From contig JABVCE010000043.1 of the NCBI GenBank assembly GCA_014905635.1, positions 1-64,000 on the forward strand: a stretch of DNA of 64,000 nucleotides, given 5' to 3'. The translations under genes and the position numbers were made by a program. How positions within the stretch are numbered: the stretch's first letter is position 1; every line of letters begins with the position of its first letter. A model generated the notes under the pieces. That model was given only the letters and a program-made list of their open reading frames with translations, had not been told where the DNA came from and searched no databases. This document shows positions 47,985-59,341 of this stretch, piece by piece. Source of the DNA: Scenedesmus sp. PABB004. Its lineage: Eukaryota.

Positions 47985-49371
47985 ATGCACCTCGCGCGGC
48001 GCGCGGCTGCGCTGCGCTGGCCCGCCGCTGCTGCCGTCGGCCAGCGCCGGCGCCTGGCCGCCGGCAGCAGCAGCAGCAGCAGCAGCGGCGGCGGCGGCGG
48101 CGGCGGGCTGCCGGTGGTGCACCACCCGCTGTTCAGCGCGCCGCAGCTGCCGCCGGGGCACCGCTTCCCGATGGGCGTGTTTGGCGCGATACACGACCGC
48201 CTGCTCGCGACCGGCGCGATCAGCGAGGAGCAGGCGAGTGGCCCAGGGGGCGCGGCGGGGGTGGGGGTGGCGGCGGGGCGCAGCGGGCGCGGGCGCGGCG
48301 GCGCAGCGTGGCGGCGCCCGGCCCACGCCGACGGCGCGCCCGGCCACGACGCGCCCCGCGCACGCAGGTGCACGTGCCGCAGCGCCTGCCGACCGACGCC
48401 GCGCTGTCGATCGTCCACTGCGAGCGATACGTCCGCGCGTTCACCTCCGGCACGCTCGACGACGCCGCGGTGCGCCGCATCGGCTTTGGCGCCGCCACGC
48501 GCACGCCGCTGCTCGTCGCGCGCACCAAGGCAGAGGTGGCGGGCACGCTGCTCGCCGCGCGGCTCGCCCTGTCGCGCGGACTCGCCCTGAGCACCGCGGG
48601 CGGTACGCACCACGCGTTTGCGGACGCGGGGTCGGGGTTTTGCATCCTCAATGACCTCGCCTTCACCGCCGCGACGCTGCTGGCTGAGGGCGCCGCGTCG
48701 CGCGTGCTGATCCTGGACCTCGACGTCCACCAGGGCGATGGCACGGCGGCCATCTGCGCCGACCTGCGCCCGCACGTCTTCACGCTCAGCGTGCACGCGG
48801 CAAACAACTTCCCCGCGCGCAAGCAGGCGTCAGACCTCGATGTCGCCCTCCCGGACGGCACGGCCGATGACGCCTACCTCGCCGCGGTCGCCGAGGCGCG
48901 GCGCCGCGCGCGCCCCCTGCATGCCTGTGCCGCCGCCCGCGCCGGCGCCGCGGCCGCCGCGGCCATGCGCCGCGAGCCGGCGCGCCGCGCGCGCAGGTGC
49001 TGCCGGGCGTGCTATCGAGCTTTGCGCCAGACCTCGTGCTCTACGACGCCGGCGTGGACGTGCACGTGGACGACAAGCTCGGCCGCCTCGCGGTCAGCGA
49101 CGCAGGTGCGACCCGCCACGTGCGCGAGCCCTCGCGCGGCGGCGGGGCTGCAGCGGCGCCGCCCCGCCCGCCCCCGACCCCCGCCCGGCCCCCGCGCGGC
49201 GCAGGGCTGATGAGGCGCGAGCTGCTGGTGCTCGACACGTGCCTCGCGGCGGGCGTGCCGGTGGCAGGCTTTGTCGGCGGCGGCTACGCGGCCGACCTGA
49301 GCGTCCTGGTCGACCGCCACACCGCACTGCACCGCGCCGCGCTGCGCATGTGGGGCGAGCATGGATTGTGA
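47985..49371 (+). CDS. Histone-deacetylase-superfamily deacylase (class IV/bacterial-like), probable organellar presequence
   Basis: HRFPM, GGTHHA..GSGFCILNDLA, LDLDVHQGDGTA, LSVH..NFP, YDAGVDVHVDDKLGRL, GGGY; Arg-rich N-terminus. Confidence 0.9.
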
Positions 49372-49399
49372 CGGCGGCGGTGGAACACGCGCGCGGCGC

Positions 49400-49453
49400 T
49401 GTAACACTGCGCATGCGCCCGCCCGCCCCCACGAGCAGCGGCGCCTCGTTACA
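49400..49453. promoter_or_regulatory. Pair of convergent TGTAA poly(A) signals
   Basis: TGTAA at 49400 (+, after the deacylase) and TTACA at 49449 (-, after UMP1). Confidence 0.6.
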
Positions 49454-49692
49454 CACCCCTGCCGCCGTGCTGGGCAGGGACAATGATATGATACAGAGAA
49501 AGCGTGGGAGAGAGAGAGAGACACGCTGGCCGAGGCGCGCGCTGCCAGCAGCCCCCGCCCGCGAGCGCCGCTGGCCGGCCGCGGGCGCCGCCGGCCGGCC
49601 GCGCGCGCACGCGCGCGCCAGCGCGCCTGCTGCTGCAGGCCGCCGCGCGCGTGCGCGCGCGCACCCCAGCCGCCGCCGCCGCCGCCGCCGCG

Positions 49693-50115
49693 TCACCACA
49701 TGTGGCGCGACGGCGGCCGCGTCGCCTTTGCCATGCCGAGCCGCGCCTCCATCTGCGAGTGCAGCTCCACCGGCGCGTCGGTCGAGTCCTCCGGCAGGCC
49801 CAGGTAGGACTCGAAACCAAACTGGTCCAGCTCGCCGGTGAGGCTCTCGAGGCCGAGGCGCGACGAGGGCAGGCCCGGGAGGCGGCCAAACTTGGCCAGG
49901 ATCTGGCGGTCGAGCGCGACGCGCGCCGGGAAGGCCAGGCCGTACAGGTCGCGCAGCATGGCGGGGTTGGCGCACTCCACGCCGGGGATGGGCGTGGTCT
50001 GCTGGATGACCTGCACCGGGTGCGGCGCCGCCGCGTCCTCCTTCAGGCTCGCGAGGCCGTGCCGCAGCGCGTCGTGCGCCACGGCCTGGTAGGGAAGCGC
50101 CGCGCCCGGGTCCAT
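49693..50115 (-). CDS. UMP1: Proteasome maturation factor UMP1/POMP, intronless
   Basis: HDALRHGL..HPVQ..MLRDLYGLAFPAR..LDRQIL..RLPGLPSSRLGLESLTG.LDQFGFESYL..HSQMEARLGM. Confidence 0.9.
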   Translation of the reverse strand: MDPGAALPYQAVAHDALRHGLASLKEDAAAPHPVQVIQQTTPIPGVECANPAMLRDLYGLAFPARVALDRQILAKFGRLPGLPSSRLGLESLTGELDQFGFESYLGLPEDSTDAPVELHSQMEARLGMAKATRPPSRHMW

Positions 50116-50541
50116 GGCGCCGCGGGATCGCTGGCGCCGTGCACGCGCGGGGCGAGAGGGGGGCGGTTGCTGCTGATTCGATCGAGCCGGGGACGTCCGC
50201 TGCGTGGGCGGGGAGGGCTGCGAGGCTGGCGACGGCGAGGCGGGGCGGCTGTGGGTACCGGGGCGGGGAGGGCGGGGCTGGGGGCGCGGCCGTGCGAGCG
50301 CGCGGCCGCATGAGCAGAGGCTCGCATCGCAGAGCCCGCGAGGTGCAGGCTGCCGCGGTCCAGCCGCTGGCGCTGGCCACTGCACACTCGGCGAGACCTC
50401 CGCACCGGAGCTGCTGCTGATCGCGTGCCCGGAGCGAGCGCCGCCGTCGGCCGCCGCGCGCGCCGAGCAGCCGGCCGGCCCCTGCCAGCCCAGCACCCCC
50501 GGCCGCGGAGGTTGCCCTCCCGGGCACCCCGTCGTCGTGCC

Positions 50542-51546
50542 ATGGCGGGGTCGCCACCGCCGCAGGGAGAGGGCGCCGGCGGCGCGGCAGACGCCTGCGA
50601 GGACGAAGACGGCCCGCTGCTGATCGCGTGCGAGCGCCGCGTGACGTGGAGCGAGGACACGCTGGTCCACCAGCTCCCCAGCCAGCTCTCCGAGAGCAAC
50701 CTCTCCGACGAGCCGGGTGCGGGCCGCGCGCGCCGCCGCCGCCCGCCGCCGCCGCCCGCCAACCCTGCACGCGGCCGCGCCAGGCTGCTGGGCGCGCTTC
50801 AACGCGCGCGTGTCGGCGCTGAAGCACGACGTGCTGGCGCTGTACTATGCCGTGCACGACGCGCGCACGCCGCTGCTCTCCAAGGTCCTTCCGTGGCTTG
50901 TGCTCGCGTACGCGCTGTCGCCGCTGGACCTCATCCCAGACTTCATACCGGTGCGCGCGGCGCCGCCTGCCTGTCCGCAGAGCCGGCCCCGCCTCGCCGG
51001 CGGGCCTCGCTGGCCTGGCCAGAGCCAGCCGCCAGGCCCGCGAGGCTCGCCGGCGGGCAGGCGCGCGGCGCCGCGCGATGGGCCCGCGCGGCCGGCGCGC
51101 CGACGCCCGGCCCGCCGCCGCCGCCGCGCCGCCGCGCGGCCGCGCCGGCGCCCGGCCCGCCGTGCCTCGCTGCGCCGCAGGTGCTGGGCCTGCTGGACGA
51201 CATGCTGCTGCTGCCGCTGGGGCTGTGGGTGAGCTACAAGCTCATCCCCGCGCAGGTCATGGTCGATTGCCGCGAGCGCGCGCGGAGCGAGCCGCTGCTC
51301 CTGGAGCGCAGCTGGTCGGTCGCGGTGCTTGTGTTCCTCGCCTGGACGGCCGCGCTGCTCGCGGGCGTGCACTGGGCGCTGCAGCGCTGGGGCGACGACC
51401 GCGTGCTGAGCCTCGAGTGGGCCGTGCTCGCGGGCGCGGCCGGCGTGGCGGCGATCGCGTTCGCGCTGTGGCTCGTCAGCCGGTTGCGGTTCGAGGCGCG
51501 GCGCCGCGACGAGTGGAGCCTGCTCGCCAACGCGCACCCCGTGTGA
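50542..51546 (+). CDS. DUF1232/YkvA-family membrane protein, 3 exons
   Basis: [35 protein letters not shown] signature; C-terminal TM helices. Confidence 0.88.
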   Translation: MAGSPPPQGEGAGGAADACEDEDGPLLIACERRVTWSEDTLVHQLPSQLSESNLSDEPGAGRARRRRPPPPPANPARGRARLLGALQRARVGAEARRAGAVLCRARRAHAAALQGPSVACARVRAVAAGPHPRLHTGARGAACLSAEPAPPRRRASLAWPEPAARPARLAGGQARGAARWARAAGAPTPGPPPPPRRRAAAPAPGPPCLAAPQVLGLLDDMLLLPLGLWVSYKLIPAQVMVDCRERARSEPLLLERSWSVAVLVFLAWTAALLAGVHWALQRWGDDRVLSLEWAVLAGAAGVAAIAFALWLVSRLRFEARRRDEWSLLANAHPV

Positions 51547-51740
51547 CGTGACGCGCAGCGCCAAAGCCCTGGCGCTGCCATTTTTTGAACTCCACCGCAA
51601 GACTCCACCGCAAGAGCCGCGGCGCCGCAAGTCCCCGTGGCCACACGCCCTGCCCTGCCCGCGAGCAGCCCCGCTCGCCGCTGCCGCGCCCGCCGCTGCC
51701 GCCTGCCGCTGCCGCCGCTGCCCCGCCGCCCCAGCCGGCC

Positions 51741-53490
51741 ATGGAGCTGGAAACCGCCGGCACCGTGGACGACCTGATGGAGGTTCTGGGGCTGGGGCTG
51801 GTCCCTGCGGCCGATGGCGAGCAGGAGGGCGGGCCGTCGAGCTTTGAGGACCTGCTCACGGCGGCGATGGGCTGGGAGCCCGCTGAGGCGGACGGCAACG
51901 CGGCCATCATGTTCCCGGGCTGGGGCGGCGCGCACGGCGCCGAGCTGCCGGCGCCGCCGGGCGCGCCGGCGACCGCGGCAGCAGCGCCGCGTGGCCCGCC
52001 GCCGGGCGCCGCCGCACCGCCGCCGCCGGCGCGAGCGGCCGTCGCGGCGGCGGCCAGCCCCTTTGCCGGCATCGACATCAGCAGCGTCGGCGGCATGGCG
52101 CCGCCGCCGCCGCGCGACGCCGAGGGCAGCCTGGAAGCGCAGCGCCAGATGATTGAGCAGGCGCAGGCGCAGCTGCAGGAGCAGCAGGCCGCGCTCGCGC
52201 TGGCGCGCGCGCAGGTGCTCGCGGCGCAGCAGGCCGCGGCGGCGGGTGCGGCGCCGCCGGAGCTCGCGCCACCGGAGCTCGCGCCGCCGGCGGACGCCGG
52301 CAGCGACGGCGACGCGCCCGCCCCCGTGGTGCGGCGGGGGCGGCCGACCAAGGTTCCGGGGCAGTACTCCAAGGGCTACGCCGCGATCAAGCGCTACCGG
52401 CAGCGCCGCAAGAGCAGGGTGCGCGGGCGCGCCGCGCCCGCTGCGCCCGCGCCGCACCGGCCGGCGCCCTCCCCCGGCACGCCGCGCACGCCGCCGCCGC
52501 CGGCGCAGATGACCGCGATGGAGGCGGAGGTGTCGGCCAAGCTGGCGCTGCTCGAGGCGTTGACGGCGGAGCGCGACGCGCTGCTGGCCAAGCAGGCGGC
52601 GCTGACGAGCACGATGGACATGCAGGGCGCGCTGATGGAGGAGCTGCAGGCGCTGCGGCTGTCGGTGGGGCCCGACGAATCGCTCAGCATCGGCGCGGCC
52701 AACGACAAGGTCGCCGCGCTGCTCGTCTCGCAGGCGGGGCAGGCCGGCCCCGCCGGCGCGGCGCTGGACCGCCAGGCCGCCGCCGCGGTGGCCGCCGAGG
52801 TGCGGCGCGCGCACACGGTGGACGTCGCGCAGCTCGTGTCGCGCTACGGGCGCTACGTGCAGGCCGCGTCGGCCGCGCTCGCGGCGCCGCCGCCCGCGCC
52901 CGGCGGCCCGCCGGCCGCGCCGTTCCCTGGCTTCCCCTTCAGTATGATCGAATCGCTCGCCCTCTGGAAGGTCAGCCGCGCGGCGGGCGTGCCCGACGGC
53001 GCGTCCGGCGGCGCCGCGCCGGGCGCGCTCGCGACGCCGACGGTCAACCTGCTCACCGGGGGCACGACGACGTGCCGCTCGAGCGCTGGCGCGCCGTCGC
53101 GCGCGACCTCGCGGCCACGCCCGAGCAGCGCGCGGCGCTGCGCGCGGCGTGGGGGCTCTACGCCGCCGCGCTGGCGCGGCACAACGCGGAGCGCGCGTCG
53201 CTGCTGGAGCGCCTGCGCGCGTTTGCCGCGCCGCCGCCGCGCGCGCCGCGGGCAGCGCGACCGCGGCGGCGAGCCTGTCGGGGCAGGCCCTGGCCGAGTA
53301 TGCGGCGCTCGCTGACGCGGTGGAGTGGAACCTGGTGCGGGGGCGCGCAATGGTCGTGCTGCACGGCTGGTCCATGCTCTGCGTGCTCGGCGCGGAGCAG
53401 GTCGGCCGCATCTGCGTCGCCGCGTGGCCGCACTTCCCGTTCGTGCGCGCGGTCGTGGGGTTTGTGCTGGACGAGGGCGGCGGCGCGTGA
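51741..53490 (+). CDS. bZIP-like transcription factor with helical C-terminal domain
   Basis: RRGRP (AT-hook-like) + KGYAAIKRYRQRRKSR basic region + zipper MEAEVSAKLALLEALTAERDALLAKQAAL; C-terminus ..EQVGRICVAAWPHFP. Apparent frameshift in the G run at 53058-53062. Confidence 0.68.
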
Positions 53491-53685
53491 CGCCGGGCCA
53501 GGCGGCGCCGCGGGCGGGCGCGCGCGCCGTGTGCGGGGCTGCCGCCTGGACGCGCGGGGCGCGCGCGGAGGTCGTGCGCACGCGAGGCACGTTACGCGCA
53601 GGCAACTCGCCTGGCCCGCTCTGCCGTCAACGCGCGGCGCGCCCGCCGCTCAACTCGCTGCGCGGCCACACCGCTGGCGGCGCGC

Positions 53686-53989
53686 TCACTTGCGGCGGCT
53701 CCGGGGGCTGGAGACGGGCTCGTAGTCAGCAAACCTCTCGGTGTCCTGCGACCGGCGCGGCGCGGCGCGGCGCAGCGCGGTGGGGGGTGAGCGGGCGGCG
53801 GGCGCGGCGCGCACAGCAGCGGCGCGCGCGCGCAGCGGCGCGCGCGCGGCGTGGGCTGGGTGGCGGCGCGCGGCGCGGCGCGCTTGCCGTGTGGTTGGAG
53901 CAGCGCTCGCCCTCCTTGGTGTGCCGCTTGCAGCGGTGGCCGTCCGCGGTCTTGGCGGTGCACTGCACGGACTCCTCGTGGTCGCCCAT
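53686..53989 (-). CDS. CCCH zinc-finger microprotein, copy A (~53 aa, 2 exons)
   Basis: MGDHEESVQCTAKTADGHRCKRHTKEGERCSNHT | DTERFADYEPVSSPRSRRK*; phase-0 intron with GC donor; paralogue conserved. Confidence 0.75.
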
Positions 53990-54735
53990 GGCAGCTGGCG
54001 GGCCGGGGAGGCGGCGGCGGCGCGGGGCGGCGCGGGGCGGCGCGGGCGGTGATGCGAAGGTCGTGCAGGCGGTGTCGGGGGCGCGTCAGCGGGTGAGTAC
54101 TGGACCGCTGGTGGGACGGGGACGCCTAATCAAGCGCCGGGGGCGCCGCAGAGGGCGCGGGTTGGCATTCGCGGTTGAGCAGCATGACACGAAGGGCCGT
54201 GCTTCGCCGTGCTCTGCCGCGGAAAACATCGAGCTTGACGAGAGCTGCCCAACGACCCCTGGCGCGGGCTGGCGTGCGGCGACGGCGCCGCCCCGGCCCG
54301 CGCAGCGCAGGCGCGGCACCAGGCTGCGCCCGCGCGCGACGGAGCCGCCGAGGGCCGGCGGCGGCCGGCCCAGGGCGCCCAGGGCGGTCGGGCCGCGGCG
54401 CTAGCGAGCACGCCGCGCGGCGGCGCGGGGCGCGAGGGCTGCCGCGCGGGCGCTGCCGCCGATCGCGCGCAGTCGGCTGGGCCTGGCCAGGCGCCGCGGT
54501 GGGCGCGACGCGTCCGCCCCGGCCCTCCGAGGTGCCAGCGCACGCTGGCGGCTGCACGGCTGGCGGCGGGGCTGCTGCGCGGCGCGCGCAAGGCACAGCG
54601 AGTTACCCACACGCCGCGCAGTCAACTCGCCTGGCTCAGCCCTCCTGCCTTGTGTCAACGAGCGGCGCGCCGTGCTCGGCCGACGCACGCGCCGCTCAAC
54701 TCGCTGCCATCAAACCGGCGCCCCGCGCACGGCGC

Positions 54736-54951
54736 TCACTTGCGGCTGCGGCTCTTGGGCTCGTAGTCGTGGAACCTCTCGTAGTCCTGGGTGGCGTGGC
54801 GGATTGGGACGCGGGCTGGCGCGGCGGGTGCGCGGCGGCGGGCGCGCCGCACCGTGTGGGACGAGCAGCGGTCGCCGTCCTTGGTGTTGCGCTTGCAGCG
54901 TTCGCCGTCTGCCTTCGCGGCGGTGCACTGCACGGTCTCAGAGTCGCCCAT
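54736..54951 (-). CDS. CCCH zinc-finger microprotein, copy B (~49 aa, 2 exons)
   Basis: MGDSETVQCTAAKADGERCKRNTKDGDRCSSHT | DYERFHDYEPKSRSRK*; phase-0 GT-AG intron at the same position as in copy A. Confidence 0.75.
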   Translation of the reverse strand: MGDSETVQCTAAKADGERCKRNTKDGDRCSSHTVRRARRRAPAAPARVPIRHATQDYERFHDYEPKSRSRK

Positions 54952-55560
54952 GGTGGCTGCTGGCGGGGGCGGCGGGGGCGCTTGGAGCGGCAGGTGCGGG
55001 CGTCGCCGAGGTCGTGCAGGCGGTGTCGGGGGCGCGTCAGCGGGTGCGGACTGGACCGCTGGTGGGCCGGGGACGCCTAATCAAGCGCCGGGGGCGCCGC
55101 AGAGGGCGCGGGTTGGCATTCGCGGTTGAGCAGCATGACACGAAGGGCCGTGCTTCGCCGTGCTCTGCCGCGGAAAACATCGAGCATGACGAGAGCTGCC
55201 CAAAGACCCCTGGCGCGCGGGCTGTCGTGCGGCGACGGCGCCGCCCCGGCCCGCGCAGCGCAGGCGCGGCACCAGGCTGCGCCCGCGCGCGACGGAGCCG
55301 CCGAGGGCCGGCGGCGGCCGGCCCAGGGCGCCCAGGGCGGTCGGGCCGCGGCGCTGGCGAGCACGCCGCGCGGCGGCGCGGGGAACGGGGCGATGCTGCG
55401 CGGACGCTGCCGCGCGCGCGCGCAGTCCGCTGGGCCTGGCCAGGCGTCGCGGAGGACGCGACGCGTCCGCCCCGGCCCTCCGAGGTGCCAGCGCACGCTG
55501 CAGCATGCCGCCGGGGCGGCCTGGCCCCGGTCAACCGCGCCCGACGTCCGGTCACAAGTG

Positions 55561-55806
55561 CGCCCCGCCCGCCGCCCGGGTCAGGGCGAGGCGTGCTTCC
55601 GCGCACAGTGTCCGCCGCCACCCCACCGCTCGTTCGCCGCGTTGCGGCCACCACCTCACGCGACGCACACGCCCGCGGGCGGGCGCCCGCCCGCCGGCGC
55701 GGGCGCCGCGTCCGGCTGCGGCGCGCAGCGCAGGTCCTTGCAGCACGTCGACCCGGAGGTGTTGGGGAAGCACGCCTCGCCCTGACCCGGGCGGCGGGGC
55801 GGGGCG
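55561..55806. repeat. Inverted repeat, ~40-bp arms (55561-55600 / 55766-55806)
   Basis: cccgccgcccgggtcagggcgaggcgtgcttcc versus ggaagcacgcctcgccctgacccgggcggcggg: 33 bp perfect, extendable past a 1-nt indel. Confidence 0.9.
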
Positions 55807-58800
55807 CGGGTGTGGGGCGGGGCGGGGCAGGGAAGGAGAGGGGGGCTTCTGCACGCGTGGCCGCGCGCGCGTGGCCGCGCGCCGCGTCGCCGCACCGGCT
55901 CGCCGCACATCTTGTCGCACGCGCCGCCCGCGGCGATCGCCGCGCCCGCGGCGCGCGCCGCGGCGGCGTTGCGGTAGGTCACGCCGTTGACGCCGCACAC
56001 CGGCGCGAGCCCGGTCGTGTCGTCCGGCGCGCAAAAGGGGAAGCCGCCGGGCTGCCCAGGCGCGCACACGCCGCACTTGCCCGCCGCGACGATGCTCAGC
56101 GTCTGGTCACACATCAGGTGGCACCTGCGCGCGCGTGGGAGGGCGCGGTGTGAGTGCGCGCGCGAGGCAGCGTGGCCACGGGGCCCGGCGGCCGGGCCCC
56201 CGCGCGGCGGCGGCGGCGGAGGCGGCGGTGCGGCTCCCCGCCGCCCCGCCCCACCGCGCCGCGCCGCGCCCGCCTCACTTGTCTGGGAAGGTCCGGCCGT
56301 TGCTGGCGCACACAGGGCTCGCGTACGAGGGGCTCTCGCCGGCGGGGCACGCGGCGCAGGGGCCCAGCGCGCAGCCGATGCCCTCCTCCACGCCCGCCAC
56401 TGCGCGGCGCGCGCGGCGGCGCCAGCCGGTCAGCGGCGCGGCCGGCTGCCGCCCGCCAGCTGGCTGACCGCCGGCCCGCCGGCCCCAGCACCCGGCGCCG
56501 CTCACTGGTGGCGCAGCGGCCCTTGGTGCACGCGCCGGCGTCCTCGCCGCGGCAGCCCGCAAAGCAGGTGTTCTTGTACGTGCGCCCGGCGCAGCAGACG
56601 GGCGCCTCCTCGCGCTCGTCGCACAGCTCGCCGCAGTCGCTCTCGCACGGCCCCGGGTGCAGCACGTCGGTGGGCACCTTGATGCCGCTGCACTTGGCAA
56701 AGCAGCTGCGAGGCGCGGCGCGCGGCGGGCCGGCGGGCGGCGGGCGCGGTGAGCCGGCGGCGCGGCGGCTGCGGCGGCGGCGGCTCCGGCTGCGCAGCGC
56801 CCGTCACCAGTTGGCAAAGGTGCGCGGCCCAAACGCCGCCGTGGCGACGCAGTAGGGGAACCACGCCGAGGGGCAGCCGCGGCAGGCTGCGGGAGAGGCG
56901 GGGGAGGGGCGGCGGCGGCGGCGGCAGTGGGCGCGCGCTCGAGCGGCGCGCGCGGCGCGCCGGCCCCCGGCGGCGGCCCCCGGCCCGCCCAACCACCGCG
57001 CCGCGCCGCGCCGCGCCGCGGGGCGCACCGTCCTTGCAGGGCCCCGGGTAGGCGATGACATCCTTCCAGCACGCGGCGACGCAGGTGTTGATGCGCGTCA
57101 CGCCGTCGACGGTGCACAGCTGCTTGCCCTCCTTGGGGCAGGCCGCCTGCGGCGCGCGCCATGCCGCGGCGGGTGGGCGGGCGCACCGCGTGGCGGCGGC
57201 AGCCCGGCGGCGGGCGGGCTCGCCCCGGCGCTGCCACCCACGCGCGCGGCCGCGTGCGCGCGCGCGCACCAGGCAGGCCGTCGGCGTCGCCGGCCCCGCG
57301 GGCAGGGGGCGCGGCGTGACGGCGGCGGGCACCGCGGGCTGGGCGCCGGTTGGGCAGGGCCCCTGCGCCGCGACGCGCGTGATGCCGGCGCACTCGGCCT
57401 TGCAGGCGTTCAGGTAGGTCACGCCGTTGGCGCCGCATACGGGCGTGTACGCCGTGGGGCAGCTCAGGCAGCGCGACGCTGCGGGGTGGGCGGGCACGCG
57501 CGGGCGGCCGGGTCGGCGCGGGCGGGCGGGTCGGCGCGGGTCGCCGCGCGCTCGCTGGCGCGCCGCGACCGCCGAGCCGCGCTGCGAGCGCCGGGCCGCG
57601 GCGGCCGGCCCGGTGCCTCGCCCGCGCCGGCGCGCCACTCACCGTCAGCACCGCCGGGCGCGGGCCCGGGCGCGGGTGCGGCGGCCCCCGCCATGATCGG
57701 CGCGCACGGGCCCTGCGACGCCACCGCCACGCCCTTGCAGGCCGCGCTGCAGGCGTTCGCGTAGGTGCGCTGATCGCTGCCGCACACGGGGCTGGAGGCG
57801 GGGGGGCAGGGCGTGGTGCACGCTGCGCGGCGGCGGCGCAGGCGGCGGCCTCAGCGCGGCGCCCGCGCGGCGCCCACGCGGCGTCCGCGCGGCGTCCGCG
57901 CGACCACGGCGCCTCGGCGCCCAGCCGCACGCCGCTCACCGGCCGCGGCGGGCGCCGCCGCCGCTGGCTTGGCGCTGCAGGGGCCCTGCGCTGCGACCTG
58001 CACGCCCGCGCGGCACGTCGCCACGCATTCGTTGCTGTAGGTCACGCCGTCGCGGCCGCACACCGGCTGGACCACGTCGCTGCGCGGCGGCGCGGCACGG
58101 CGTGTGGGGCGGCGGCGGCCGCGGCGCAGCAGCCGCGGGCCCCGCGGCGCCCCTGCCACGGCGGCGGCGGCGCGCCTGCACATGCAGACCGGCACGGTCG
58201 GCCCAGTCGCCGGCTTGGGCGACGGCGCCACGGTGGGCTGGGCCGCCGCGGGCGCCGGGGACTTGCGTGACGCAGGAACCTTGCCGGCCGGCGCGGGCCG
58301 GTCGAACGGCGGCTTGGTCTCGCCTGTGGCGCGGGGCGCGCGGTGCGCGTGGGCTCACACGCGTGCCTGCGCGTGTGATGCCCCCGAGCAGCGCCTCGCC
58401 TGTGTCGTAGTCGCTGCACGCGCCCTCATAGTCCACCTCCACGCCGAAGCAGGTCGCGAGGCAGGCGTTGGAGTAGGTCTCCCCGATCACGCTGCACACG
58501 GGGTCGAAGCTGCGCGGGCACGCGCACGACCCCGGCTCCGCCGGCCGCGGCGCGGCCTGGCGCAGCCGGCGTGCGCCGCCCCCGGCGGCGGCGGCACCTG
58601 CGCGCGGCGGCGCGCGGTCGGCAAGAGAACACCGCGCCGCACGCGGGCTCACAGCTGCTGGGCGGACACCCGCAGCACCCTGGCCGCTGGGCCAGCCCGC
58701 CCGGGGCGCCAGCCGCCCGGCGCGCGGCGGCAGCGGCGCGCCGGCAGCTGCTGCTGCCTGCCGGCGCACAGCGGGCGCGCGGGGCCAAACCTGCCGGCCC

Positions 58801-58893
58801 AGGCGCTGCATTACTCCGTCTCCCACCTTCGGTGGCCAAGGCTAGGCCCAGCACCAGCGCCACGAGCCGCGCCGGCCTCCCCCGACCCGACAT
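55656..58893 (-). CDS. Secreted multi-Kazal-domain protease-inhibitor-like protein (~9 domains), multi-exon
   Basis: Signal peptide [28 protein letters not shown] processing-like site, repeated PVCGxDGxTYxNxCxAxC...GxC units. Confidence 0.87.
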
Positions 58894-59341
58894 CTCTGCC
58901 CTGCTGCGTGCCCCGTGCTTGTTTCAGCGAGCGGCGAATTGCGTCGAGGTGGATCGTGGTGCCCGTCGCGACGCGTCGGCAGTTCAGCGGCGTCGGCGGC
59001 GGCACCGGAGTGAGCTGACGGCGTCACCAGCACCTGGCAGCAGGCGCCGCCGACCTCCTCTCACGGCTGGCAGCGGCACAGGAGGATGGCCGGCGCTGAC
59101 GCGGCGCGCGGTGAAGCTCGCTCTTACACAAGGCCAGCCGCGGCCGGGCCGGCCGGCGGCCGCGCCGTGCCCCCGTCCCCGCGGTGCGCGCAACATCGCT
59201 CGACCGCACCCGCCGGCTCCCCCCAGGCCCTTCCCCTGCCCCAGCCCCCCCCCAGGCCCTCCCCGTCGCCCCTCCCCGTCGCCTCTCCCCGCGCCGCCCC
59301 CGGCCAGCCGGCCGGCCGCGCGCCGCGCCAAGCCGCGCCGC

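Larger units (their letters stand above)
53590..55500. repeat. Tandem duplication, unit ~950 bp, two copies
   Basis: 54058-54547 is nearly identical to 55009-55500 (offset ~951); coding and 3' parts are homologous but more diverged. Confidence 0.93.

Noticed and set aside
53590..55500. CRISPR array or LTR pair
   Set aside because: Only two long units, each containing a spliced gene; no repeat-spacer structure or retroelement interior.
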